A stretch of 32,000 nucleotides of DNA from Mycobacterium tuberculosis H37Rv (GTDB lineage Bacteria > Actinomycetota > Actinomycetes > Mycobacteriales > Mycobacteriaceae). Of this stretch, positions 12,656-21,884 are shown piece after piece (the first letter of the stretch is position 1; every line of letters begins with the position of its first letter). Under the pieces are notes generated by a model. That model saw only the letters and a program-made list of their open reading frames with translations, searched no databases and was not told the DNA's origin. The stretch lies in assembly GCF_000195955.2 (NCBI RefSeq), contig NC_000962.3:1500001-1532000 (forward strand), given 5' to 3'. The translations under genes and the position numbers were made by a program.

Positions 12656-12727
12656 CATGCGTGAGCCGGGATCACGTCGCCCGCTGCCCGGCTGTCCGGG
12701 GGTCGAGGCGGTACGATCGCTACGCCC

Positions 12728-12811
12728 GCGGGCGTGATGAAATTGGCAAACATGCCGGTTTTAGGTGCCGGTGCTCGAAAGAGTTTGAGGGTTCGAGTCC
12801 CTCCGCCCGCA
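12728..12811 (+). tRNA. tRNA-Leu, anticodon UAG
   Basis: Manual fold: acceptor GCGGGCG/CGCCCGC, D-stem ATG/CAT, anticodon stem CCGGT/GCCGG with loop TTTAGGT, long variable arm CTC-GAAA-GAG, T-arm GAGGG-TTCGAGT-CCCTC, discriminator A; CCA not encoded. Confidence 0.96.
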
Positions 12812-12834
12812 CTCCATGGTCCCCGAGTTTGACC

Positions 12835-12853
12835 TTCGGTAAGGCAACCCTTA
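12835..12853 (+). promoter_or_regulatory. IdeR-box-like 19-mer upstream of irtA
   Basis: TTCGGTAAGGCAACCCTTA, 14/19 to the recalled IdeR consensus; 193 nt upstream of the irtA ATG. Confidence 0.7.
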
Positions 12854-13046
12854 GTTTGGACGAGATCGTCCGACTGGGGCCGACTGGGTTGTATGCGCGG
12901 GCTGAGTATCAGCGCGGTCGCGGCGCAGCTCGGGGTATCGGCGGAGCGCGACGCCGTTGCACGCCGGTTGGCCGGTAACCCAGCGTTCGTGGTCGCCCGA
13001 TCTGAGAAGTCGTGGCGGATTAGGCCGCCGCGAGAGAGGACCGCTG

Positions 13047-15626
13047 ATGGCACGCGGGTTGCAGGGTGTGATGTTGCGCAGTTTCGGCGCGCGCGACCAC
13101 ACCGCAACGGTGATCGAAACCATTTCGATTGCACCGCATTTCGTGCGGGTCCGGATGGTTTCGCCGACGCTCTTCCAGGATGCGGAGGCTGAGCCCGCCG
13201 CATGGCTGCGGTTCTGGTTCCCCGACCCGAACGGGTCCAACACCGAGTTCCAGCGCGCCTATACGATCTCCGAAGCTGACCCCGCCGCGGGCCGCTTCGC
13301 GGTCGACGTTGTATTGCATGACCCGGCGGGTCCGGCCTCGTCGTGGGCGCGCACCGTCAAACCTGGCGCAACCATAGCGGTCATGTCGCTGATGGGCTCA
13401 TCGCGGTTCGACGTGCCCGAGGAGCAGCCCGCCGGGTATCTGCTAATCGGCGACTCGGCGTCGATTCCGGGGATGAACGGGATCATCGAAACGGTCCCGA
13501 ACGACGTCCCGATCGAGATGTACCTTGAACAACACGACGACAACGACACGTTGATCCCGCTCGCAAAGCATCCCCGGCTGCGGGTGCGCTGGGTTATGCG
13601 CCGCGACGAGAAATCGCTGGCCGAGGCGATCGAGAACCGCGACTGGTCGGACTGGTATGCGTGGGCGACGCCAGAGGCTGCCGCGCTGAAATGCGTCCGG
13701 GTGCGGCTGCGCGACGAGTTCGGGTTCCCTAAGTCCGAGATCCACGCTCAGGCTTACTGGAACGCCGGGCGTGCCATGGGCACCCACCGAGCAACCGAAC
13801 CGGCGGCCACCGAACCTGAGGTGGGCGCAGCCCCGCAGCCAGAATCGGCGGTGCCTGCCCCGGCGCGTGGCAGCTGGCGCGCTCAGGCTGCCAGCCGGCT
13901 GCTGGCGCCGCTAAAGCTGCCGCTGGTGCTCTCGGGTGTGCTTGCGGCTCTGGTCACGCTGGCGCAGTTGGCGCCGTTCGTGCTGTTGGTCGAGCTGTCA
14001 AGGCTGCTGGTCTCCGGCGCCGGCGCGCACCGGTTGTTCACGGTCGGGTTCGCCGCGGTGGGGTTGCTGGGGACCGGGGCCTTGCTGGCAGCCGCCCTCA
14101 CGCTGTGGCTGCACGTGATCGATGCCCGCTTCGCCAGGGCGTTGCGCTTGCGGCTGCTGAGCAAGCTGTCCCGGTTGCCGCTGGGCTGGTTCACCAGCCG
14201 CGGGTCCGGATCGATCAAAAAATTGGTCACCGACGACACGCTGGCGTTGCACTACTTGGTCACCCATGCCGTTCCGGACGCGGTCGCCGCGGTTGTCGCC
14301 CCGGTGGGGGTGCTGGTCTATCTGTTCGTCGTGGACTGGCGAGTGGCGCTGGTCTTGTTCGGGCCGGTTCTGGTCTACCTGACCATCACGTCATCGCTCA
14401 CGATCCAATCCGGGCCCCGCATTGTTCAAGCGCAGCGGTGGGCAGAGAAGATGAACGGCGAAGCGGGTAGTTACCTCGAGGGTCAGCCGGTGATTCGCGT
14501 CTTCGGCGCCGCGTCATCGAGCTTCCGTCGCCGGTTGGACGAGTACATCGGATTCCTGGTCGCCTGGCAGCGGCCGCTGGCCGGCAAGAAAACCCTGATG
14601 GATCTGGCCACTCGCCCAGCAACGTTCCTGTGGCTCATCGCCGCTACCGGCACCTTGTTGGTAGCCACGCATCGAATGGATCCGGTGAATTTGTTGCCGT
14701 TCATGTTCTTGGGTACCACGTTCGGTGCCCGCCTGCTCGGGATCGCCTACGGGCTCGGCGGCCTACGCACGGGACTTCTGGCGGCCCGGCACCTGCAAGT
14801 CACACTCGACGAAACCGAACTCGCCGTGCGGGAACATCCGCGCGAACCGCTCGACGGCGAGGCGCCAGCAACTGTGGTGTTCGACCACGTCACCTTCGGG
14901 TACCGCCCTGGAGTGCCGGTGATCCAGGATGTATCGCTTACGCTGCGGCCGGGCACGGTCACCGCGCTCGTCGGCCCGTCCGGCTCCGGCAAGTCGACAC
15001 TGGCCACCCTGCTGGCTCGATTCCACGATGTCGAGCGAGGTGCGATACGCGTTGGTGGACAGGATATTCGATCACTGGCCGCGGACGAGCTGTACACGCG
15101 AGTCGGCTTTGTGCTACAGGAAGCCCAGCTTGTGCATGGCACCGCCGCCGAAAACATCGCGCTGGCGGTACCGGATGCCCCCGCCGAACAGGTCCAGGTC
15201 GCGGCCCGCGAAGCGCAAATCCACGACCGGGTGCTTCGGCTGCCGGACGGCTACGATACCGTGCTCGGAGCCAACAGTGGTCTTTCGGGCGGGGAGCGAC
15301 AGCGGCTCACCATTGCCCGTGCCATCCTCGGCGACACTCCGGTCCTCATCCTCGACGAGGCCACCGCGTTTGCCGATCCGGAATCGGAATACCTTGTGCA
15401 ACAGGCGCTTAACCGGCTGACCCGGGACCGCACCGTGCTGGTAATCGCCCATCGACTGCATACCATCACCCGGGCCGACCAGATCGTCGTGCTCGATCAT
15501 GGTCGGATCGTCGAACGCGGCACCCACGAGGAGTTGCTTGCCGCGGGCGGACGCTACTGCCGGCTGTGGGACACCGGCCAGGGCAGCCGGGTGGCGGTCG
15601 CCGCAGCGCAGGACGGCACCCGATGA
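13047..15626 (+). CDS. irtA: IrtA, siderophore-interacting (FAD) domain plus ABC exporter-fold half transporter for Fe-mycobactin (859 aa)
   Basis: ATG 13047 [14 protein letters not shown]; N-terminal SIP domain ([11 protein letters not shown]), TM region, Walker [12 protein letters not shown], signature [16 protein letters not shown]. Confidence 0.97.
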
Positions 15627-17362
15627 TCCGCACCTGGATAGCCCTTGTTCCGAACGACCACCGCGCCAGGCTAATCGGCTTTGCGCTGCTCGCGTTTTGT
15701 TCCGTTGTCGCGCGAGCGGTGGGCACCGTGTTGCTGGTGCCGCTGATGGCGGCGTTGTTCGGGGAGGCGCCGCAGCGCGCGTGGCTGTGGCTGGGCTGGC
15801 TGTCCGCCGCGACCGTGGCCGGGTGGGTGCTAGACGCCGTGACCGCACGCATCGGTATCGAGCTGGGTTTCGCCGTCCTTAACCACACCCAACATGATGT
15901 GGCGGACCGGCTTCCGGTTGTCCGGTTGGATTGGTTTACCGCCGAAAACACCGCGACGGCACGGCAGGCGATCGCGGCCACCGGGCCGGAACTTGTTGGC
16001 CTGGTGGTTAATCTGGTGACACCGTTGACCAGCGCGATCCTGCTGCCGGCAGTGATCGCGCTGGCCCTGTTGCCGATCTCCTGGCAGCTCGGCGTGGCTG
16101 CACTGGCCGGCGTGCCGTTGCTGCTGGGGGCGCTGTGGGCCTCCGCAGCCTTTGCGCGGCGTGCCGATACCGCAGCAGACAAAGCCAATACCGCGCTCAC
16201 CGAACGGATTATCGAGTTCGCTCGGACTCAACAGGCATTGCGGGCCGCCCGGCGCGTCGAGCCGGCTCGAAGTCTGGTCGGCAACGCTCTGGCCAGCCAG
16301 CACACCGCGACGATGCGGTTGCTGGGCATGCAGATACCGGGCCAGCTGTTGTTCAGCATCGCCAGCCAACTGGCTTTGATCGTGCTCGCCGGCACCACCG
16401 CGGCGCTGACCATCACGGGAACGCTCACGGTTCCCGAGGCCATCGCCCTGATCGTGGTGATGGTCCGTTACCTCGAGCCGTTCACCGCTGTCAGCGAGTT
16501 GGCGCCGGCCCTCGAGAGCACCCGCGCGACCCTGGGGCGCATCGGATCGGTGCTTACCGCACCGGTCATGGTGGCCGGGTCTGGCACGTGGCGTGACGGC
16601 GCCGTGGTCCCGCGTATCGAGTTCGACGACGTCGCCTTCGGCTACGACGGCGGCAGCGGGCCGGTCCTCGACGGGGTCAGCTTCTGCTTGCAGCCGGGAA
16701 CCACGACGGCGATCGTCGGACCGTCTGGCTGCGGAAAGAGCACGATCCTGGCGCTGATCGCGGGCCTGCACCAGCCCACTCGCGGTCGTGTCCTCATCGA
16801 CGGCACCGATGTCGCGACGCTGGATGCCCGGGCGCAGCAGGCGGTCTGCAGTGTCGTGTTCCAACATCCTTACCTGTTCCACGGGACGATCCGCGACAAC
16901 GTGTTCGCTGCAGACCCGGGCGCTAGTGACGATCAGTTTGCGCAAGCCGTCCGGCTGGCGCGGGTGGACGAGCTCATCGCCAGGCTGCCAGACGGCGCAA
17001 ACACAATCGTTGGCGAAGCCGGCTCGGCGCTGTCCGGCGGCGAGCGGCAACGCGTAAGCATCGCACGGGCTCTGCTGAAAGCCGCTCCGGTGCTACTGGT
17101 CGACGAGGCGACCAGCGCACTGGACGCCGAGAATGAGGCCGCGGTGGTCGACGCGCTTGCGGCCGATCCGCGATCACGCACCCGGGTGATCGTCGCCCAT
17201 CGGTTGGCAAGCATCCGTCATGCCGACCGCGTCCTGTTTGTTGACGATGGCCGAGTGGTCGAGGACGGTTCGATCTCCGAGTTGCTCACCGCGGGTGGGC
17301 GTTTCAGTCAGTTCTGGCGCCAACAGCACGAGGCCGCCGAGTGGCAGATCCTCGCCGAGTAA
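15623..17362 (+). CDS. irtB: IrtB, ABC half transporter partner of IrtA (579 aa)
   Basis: ATG 15623 [17 protein letters not shown]; TM region, Walker [12 protein letters not shown], signature [16 protein letters not shown]; overlaps irtA stop by 4 nt. Confidence 0.97.
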
Positions 17363-17378
17363 CGCGAGAAACCACCGC

Positions 17379-17474
17379 GCCACGCAGATAGCCACTTCCT
17401 CCGTGAATCTGCATCGCGAGGTCGGCCACCTTGCCAGCTAGTTCGGTGTAGAAGAGCTTCGCCGCCGACGGTGC
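17379..17474 (-). pseudogene. Isolated acyl-CoA dehydrogenase (fadE-like) C-terminal-domain fragment between irtB and fabG2
   Basis: Minus-frame peptide [30 protein letters not shown] resembles the family block (S.AKLFA.EMAGRVADRAVQIHGGMGY); no full gene around it. Confidence 0.72.
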
Positions 17475-17490
17475 AAAATATGATATTCGC

Positions 17491-18234
17491 ATGGCGTCAT
17501 TGCTGAACGCTCGGACTGCCGTAATTACCGGCGGTGCACAAGGGCTGGGGTTAGCTATCGGCCAGCGATTCGTTGCCGAGGGTGCACGGGTTGTGCTTGG
17601 TGATGTGAATCTCGAAGCGACCGAGGTCGCAGCCAAGCGGCTGGGCGGCGATGACGTTGCTCTGGCGGTGCGGTGCGATGTGACTCAAGCCGACGACGTC
17701 GACATCCTCATCCGGACCGCTGTCGAGCGTTTCGGCGGTCTGGATGTCATGGTCAACAACGCCGGGATCACCCGCGACGCAACGATGCGCACGATGACCG
17801 AAGAGCAGTTCGATCAGGTCATCGCGGTGCATCTGAAGGGAACATGGAACGGTACCCGGCTGGCGGCGGCAATCATGCGGGAACGCAAGCGGGGCGCCAT
17901 TGTGAACATGTCTTCGGTGTCAGGCAAGGTCGGTATGGTCGGCCAAACCAACTACTCAGCGGCCAAGGCCGGCATCGTAGGAATGACCAAGGCGGCCGCC
18001 AAAGAACTTGCACACCTCGGCATTCGGGTAAACGCAATAGCTCCGGGGTTGATCCGTTCAGCGATGACAGAAGCTATGCCGCAACGCATTTGGGACCAGA
18101 AGCTTGCCGAAGTTCCGATGGGTCGCGCCGGCGAGCCCAGCGAAGTCGCTAGCGTGGCCGTGTTCTTGGCTTCGGATCTATCCTCGTACATGACCGGCAC
18201 CGTGTTGGACGTGACTGGCGGCCGGTTCATATGA
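17491..18234 (+). CDS. fabG2: SDR-family 3-oxoacyl-[ACP] reductase-like protein FabG2 (247 aa)
   Basis: [46 protein letters not shown]. Confidence 0.95.
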
Positions 18235-18640
18235 CACCGAGATCATTGCCACGGTACGGCAATTCGTCAAGAAGGAAATCTTTCCCAATGCACCGGCCCT
18301 CGAACGTGGCAACAGCTACCCGCAAGAAATCGTCGATCGGCTGGGTGTTATTGGCTTGCTCGGTCGCCGGCTGCAAGGGTATCGACACCACCGAGTTCAT
18401 TCTCGGGCGTGCCGGCGCATTCGAGCTGGCGGTGCGCGCTGCCCAGCACCGTCATAGGTACTTGACGATGGTCAACGTCGGACGAGCGCCACCACGTCGC
18501 TGCCGAACGGTATGCATGGCGGCTACCGATACTCCGCGGAATATCAGATTGAACGGCTGATGCCTGATGCGCCCGTTGCTGCTCAGCGGAGCGGGAACCA
18601 GCGCGATCCAGAAGCCTCTGAGGACTCGAAGGCTGGCCTC
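18230..18640 (+). pseudogene. Decayed acyl-CoA dehydrogenase (fadE-like) relic: N-terminal and C-terminal pieces with most of the middle deleted
   Basis: Frame starting 18230: [45 protein letters not shown] (to 18364). Same frame from about 18506: [25 protein letters not shown], then after a shift near 18581 the third frame reads LSGAGTSAIQKPLRTRRLA, matching the family ending (IGEGTSEIQ...). Confidence 0.85.
18231..18560 (+). CDS. 109-aa hypothetical ORF (Rv1351-type annotation) in a different frame over the fadE-like relic; doubtful gene
   Basis: ATG overlaps the fabG2 stop (ATGA); the encoded peptide is not family-like, whereas the other frame is clearly acyl-CoA-dehydrogenase-like. Confidence 0.3.
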
Positions 18641-18762
18641 CGGAGTCCATCGATGATGTGCAGTTGCATCGCGATTGCCGCCAGGGGCGTTGTCGCTTGA
18701 GCACATCTGGGCATAGGCTGCCATCTTGGAGGGCAGGCAACCTGCATGATAGGGAGGAGAAT

Positions 18763-19134
18763 ATGGCCCGCACGCTTGCGTTGCGCGCATCGGCGGGACT
18801 CGTCGCGGGTATGGCAATGGCCGCGATCACGCTCGCACCTGGGGCCCGCGCCGAAACCGGTGAGCAATTCCCCGGGGATGGGGTGTTTCTCGTGGGAACT
18901 GACATTGCGCCAGGCACCTACCGCACGGAGGGGCCGTCGAATCCCCTTATTTTGGTGTTCGGCAGGGTGTCCGAGCTCTCAACCTGCTCATGGTCGACAC
19001 ACAGCGCACCCGAGGTGAGCAATGAGAACATTGTCGACACCAACACCTCTATGGGCCCGATGTCAGTGGTGATCCCGCCGACCGTGGCAGCCTTCCAGAC
19101 GCATAACTGCAAGCTTTGGATGCGGATCTCATAG
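18763..19134 (+). CDS. Small secreted/exported protein with signal peptide (123 aa)
   Basis: ATG 18763 after RBS-like AGGGAGGAGA; MARTLALRASAGLVAGMAMAAITLAPGARAE signal peptide; two Cys in the mature part (FLVGTDIAPGTYRTEGP...CSW...NCKLW). Confidence 0.85.
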   Translation: MARTLALRASAGLVAGMAMAAITLAPGARAETGEQFPGDGVFLVGTDIAPGTYRTEGPSNPLILVFGRVSELSTCSWSTHSAPEVSNENIVDTNTSMGPMSVVIPPTVAAFQTHNCKLWMRIS

Positions 19135-19199
19135 GGGCCGGCGTACCCGGTACCGGCCGCGGGCCTACCACGTGCCGGAACTGGAAGCGCAGTAAGCCC

Positions 19200-19985
19200 T
19201 CAACGCGCCACCGCTTTGGCCCGCGCGCCCGGCGTAGGCGCATCGGCGGTGGCCGTGGGGCGGCGCACTGCGACCTCACCAGCGGCTTTCGAGCTTTGTT
19301 CGATCAACCGGCCAGCATGGTCGAGGATGCATTCGAGACCATATTCGAAATTGGTTTCATCGGGGGCCCCGATCCGATGCCCCCTCCCAGTTGCGTGAGC
19401 AAGCAGCGGAGTCGTCGCGGGATCGATGGCCACGGGGTGTTCAATGGCGGATGGTCCGCTGCCCGCCGACTGGCTCTTGCGGGAGAGCCGATCTAGCACC
19501 ACCGATCCGCGCACGTGGACCGAAACCGCCGAGTAGATGTCGAAAGCGTCTTCGAGCGACAGGCCCGCCGTCACCAGATTGGCGATGGCCTTCTCCATCT
19601 CTTGGGCGCCCAACCGCGCCGTTTTCGGGGACAGCGCCGCTCGAATCAGTATCAGATCGCACAGTACGGGGTTGTCCGCGAACGTCTTCCGCATCGAGCG
19701 GGCATGATTGCGCAACGTTTCGCGCCAGTCGCCGGCTTCGATGTACGGGGTAGCGAACACGTACTTGCTCAAAGCGCGGTCGGTCATCGCGTTGAGCAGA
19801 TCGTCCTTCTTGCGGAAGTACCAGTAGATGCTGGTGACCCCGACGCCAAGGTGTTTGCCGAGCAATGGCATGCTCAAGTTGTCTATCGATACCTGCTGGG
19901 CGAGTTCGAATGCGCCGCTGATGATGTCCTCGGGGTTGATGGATCCGCGCTGCCGTCGTTGACGCTTGCCTGGGGTTGTCTGCAT
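19200..19985 (-). CDS. TetR/AcrR-family transcriptional regulator (261 aa)
   Basis: ATG at 19985: MQTTPGKRQRRQRGSINPEDIISGAFELAQQVSIDNLSMPLLGKHLGVGVTSIYWYFRKKDDLLNAM, a typical TetR HTH; C-terminal ligand domain. Confidence 0.93.
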   Translation of the reverse strand: MQTTPGKRQRRQRGSINPEDIISGAFELAQQVSIDNLSMPLLGKHLGVGVTSIYWYFRKKDDLLNAMTDRALSKYVFATPYIEAGDWRETLRNHARSMRKTFADNPVLCDLILIRAALSPKTARLGAQEMEKAIANLVTAGLSLEDAFDIYSAVSVHVRGSVVLDRLSRKSQSAGSGPSAIEHPVAIDPATTPLLAHATGRGHRIGAPDETNFEYGLECILDHAGRLIEQSSKAAGEVAVRRPTATADAPTPGARAKAVAR

Positions 19986-20004
19986 TGCCGTTACGGCACC
20001 TCCA

Positions 20005-21876
20005 TCAAGATAACGCCGGGTCAGTTGCAGGTATGCAGGTCGGCGGTAGTCGTCGTGCGGACAACATGTGCCGCATGGCCTCCCCGGGGACAGGCCGGGA
20101 GAACAAGAAGCCTTGCGCACGGTAACAGCGCTGATCCAATAGAATTCTGGCGGCAGCCTCGGTCTCGACGCCTTCGGCTACTACATCGAGTTGGAAGCCT
20201 TCGGCGAGTGTCATGATGCCGCGCACAATGACCAGATCGCTAGTGTTGGTTCCGAGTTGCCGCACGAATGTTTTGTCGATCTTGAGCGTGTCGATCGGTA
20301 GCGTCTGCAACAGTGATATGGCGCTATAGCCGGTGCCGAAATCGTCGATAGCGATGTGAACGCCGACTTCTTTGAGTCGAGCCAGGGTGGCTCTGGCGGT
20401 ATGTAGGTCTTGCACCACAACGTTTTCGGTGATTTCCAAACACACGGACGAGGCGTCCAGACCGTGCTGGCCGATCGTGTCTGCGACGAAGTCAACAAAC
20501 CCGCCCGTCACCAGCTGTCCAGCTGAGACGTTGATACGCAGCAGCGCGTCGTGGCCCAAACCGGCTGACTGCCACTCGGAGAATTCATTGCAGGCCCTCC
20601 GCAGCACCCATCTATCCAATTCGCCTGCAAGGTTGATGGATTCGGCCACAGGGATGAAGCAGCCCGGTGCCAGCAGCCCACGGGTGGGGTGCTGCCACCG
20701 GACCAATGCCTCGGTCCCGACAATGTCGCCGGTCCGTAGGTCGACCTCGGGTAGGTAGACCAGGCGAAGGGCGTCGGATTCGATACCACGTCGAAGGTGT
20801 AGTTCAATATCGTTGCGCAGTTCGCCGCTGACCGACATGTCCGCGGTGAAAATCGCGACGCTATCTCCGCCGGCGTGTTTGGCTGCCAGAGCGGCTTGGT
20901 CGGCTCGGCGCAGGAGGTCCGACGGTGTGTGCTGTCCGGGAGTCCCTGAGGCGACACCGATACTGACGGTGCGGGTGAGCACCTCACCGCCGATAGCGAC
21001 GTGGTCCTTGAGCTGGTCGCGAAGACGTTCGGCGAGCGGTTGAGCGGCATCGGCACTCATTGGAGATGCGGGTATGAGGACGAATTCGTCGCCGCCGAGT
21101 CGGGCGATCAGGCTCTCGCCAACGAGTGCGTCACCGATCCGTTGGGCGAACACATGGATGAACTGGTCACCGGCGGCGTGGCCCAGGTAGTCGTTGATGG
21201 CCTTGAGGCGGTCCAAGTCGAGAAATAGCGCCGCGACCGGGCCAGGTTGTCCGGGGGCCAGTCTTTGGTCCAGGTGCTGCAGCAACGCGCGACGGTTATG
21301 CAGTCCGGTCAGATCGTCATGGTCGGCCAGATAGCGAAGCCGCGCCTCGGCGGCGACGCGAGCCTGCACCTGGGCGAAGAGTGTAGCGATGGTCATGAGG
21401 GCGTTAAGCTCGGCCTCGTGCCATTTCCGATCACCGAACTTGATGAACCCCAGCAGTCCAGTGGTGATCTCGCCAGATACCAGCGGCACGGCGGCAGCCG
21501 ACGTTACCGGAACCCCGCGGGCTTCTTCGATGAGGCGTTGATAGTCCTCGGTGGCCGGCTCGGGCCGGAACACGAGAGGCTCTTTGGCGTGTTCGCATAG
21601 CGCAAACACCGGGTCGGCATCAGCGAAGTAGATCAGCCTGAGCGGATCGGGGTCCGGTATGTTGAGGCGAGGTGGCCATTCGGCCACCAGCCTCGTCGCG
21701 CGCCTGTCGCGATCGTTATGACGCAAAAAGCTGACATCTACGCCCAGCTGTTCCACTAGATAGGCCAAAACGCGCTGACTGACTTCGGCTGACGTGGCAG
21801 CGTCGACTGTCATGAGCTGGTTGGCTACGGTGGTGACGAGCTCCTCAAGCTGCGGCGTCGCGGTGTCGTTGCACAT
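20005..21876 (-). CDS. GAF-GGDEF-EAL c-di-GMP turnover protein (623 aa)
   Basis: N-terminal GAF-like region, GGDEFVLI, TEALVRWQHP (EAL), DDFGTGYSAISLLQTLPIDTLKIDKTF, VVAEGVET: both catalytic signatures appear intact. Confidence 0.95.
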   Translation of the reverse strand: MCNDTATPQLEELVTTVANQLMTVDAATSAEVSQRVLAYLVEQLGVDVSFLRHNDRDRRATRLVAEWPPRLNIPDPDPLRLIYFADADPVFALCEHAKEPLVFRPEPATEDYQRLIEEARGVPVTSAAAVPLVSGEITTGLLGFIKFGDRKWHEAELNALMTIATLFAQVQARVAAEARLRYLADHDDLTGLHNRRALLQHLDQRLAPGQPGPVAALFLDLDRLKAINDYLGHAAGDQFIHVFAQRIGDALVGESLIARLGGDEFVLIPASPMSADAAQPLAERLRDQLKDHVAIGGEVLTRTVSIGVASGTPGQHTPSDLLRRADQAALAAKHAGGDSVAIFTADMSVSGELRNDIELHLRRGIESDALRLVYLPEVDLRTGDIVGTEALVRWQHPTRGLLAPGCFIPVAESINLAGELDRWVLRRACNEFSEWQSAGLGHDALLRINVSAGQLVTGGFVDFVADTIGQHGLDASSVCLEITENVVVQDLHTARATLARLKEVGVHIAIDDFGTGYSAISLLQTLPIDTLKIDKTFVRQLGTNTSDLVIVRGIMTLAEGFQLDVVAEGVETEAAARILLDQRCYRAQGFLFSRPVPGEAMRHMLSARRLPPTCIPATDPALS

Positions 21877-21884
21877 CTCGGATG

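Noticed and set aside
12728-12811. Repeated GCCGGT/GCCGGT and GCCCGC/GCGGGC motifs as a possible regulatory hairpin or terminator
   Set aside because: Fully explained by the tRNA-Leu anticodon and acceptor stems.
15830-17050. 406-aa minus-strand ORF
   Set aside because: Antisense to irtB, whose Walker A and signature motifs are intact; composition not protein-like.
18231-18560. Treating the 109-aa ORF as a novel functional gene because it starts at the fabG2 stop (ATGA coupling)
   Set aside because: The alternative frame of the same DNA matches acyl-CoA dehydrogenase, so the ORF is more simply a decay by-product.
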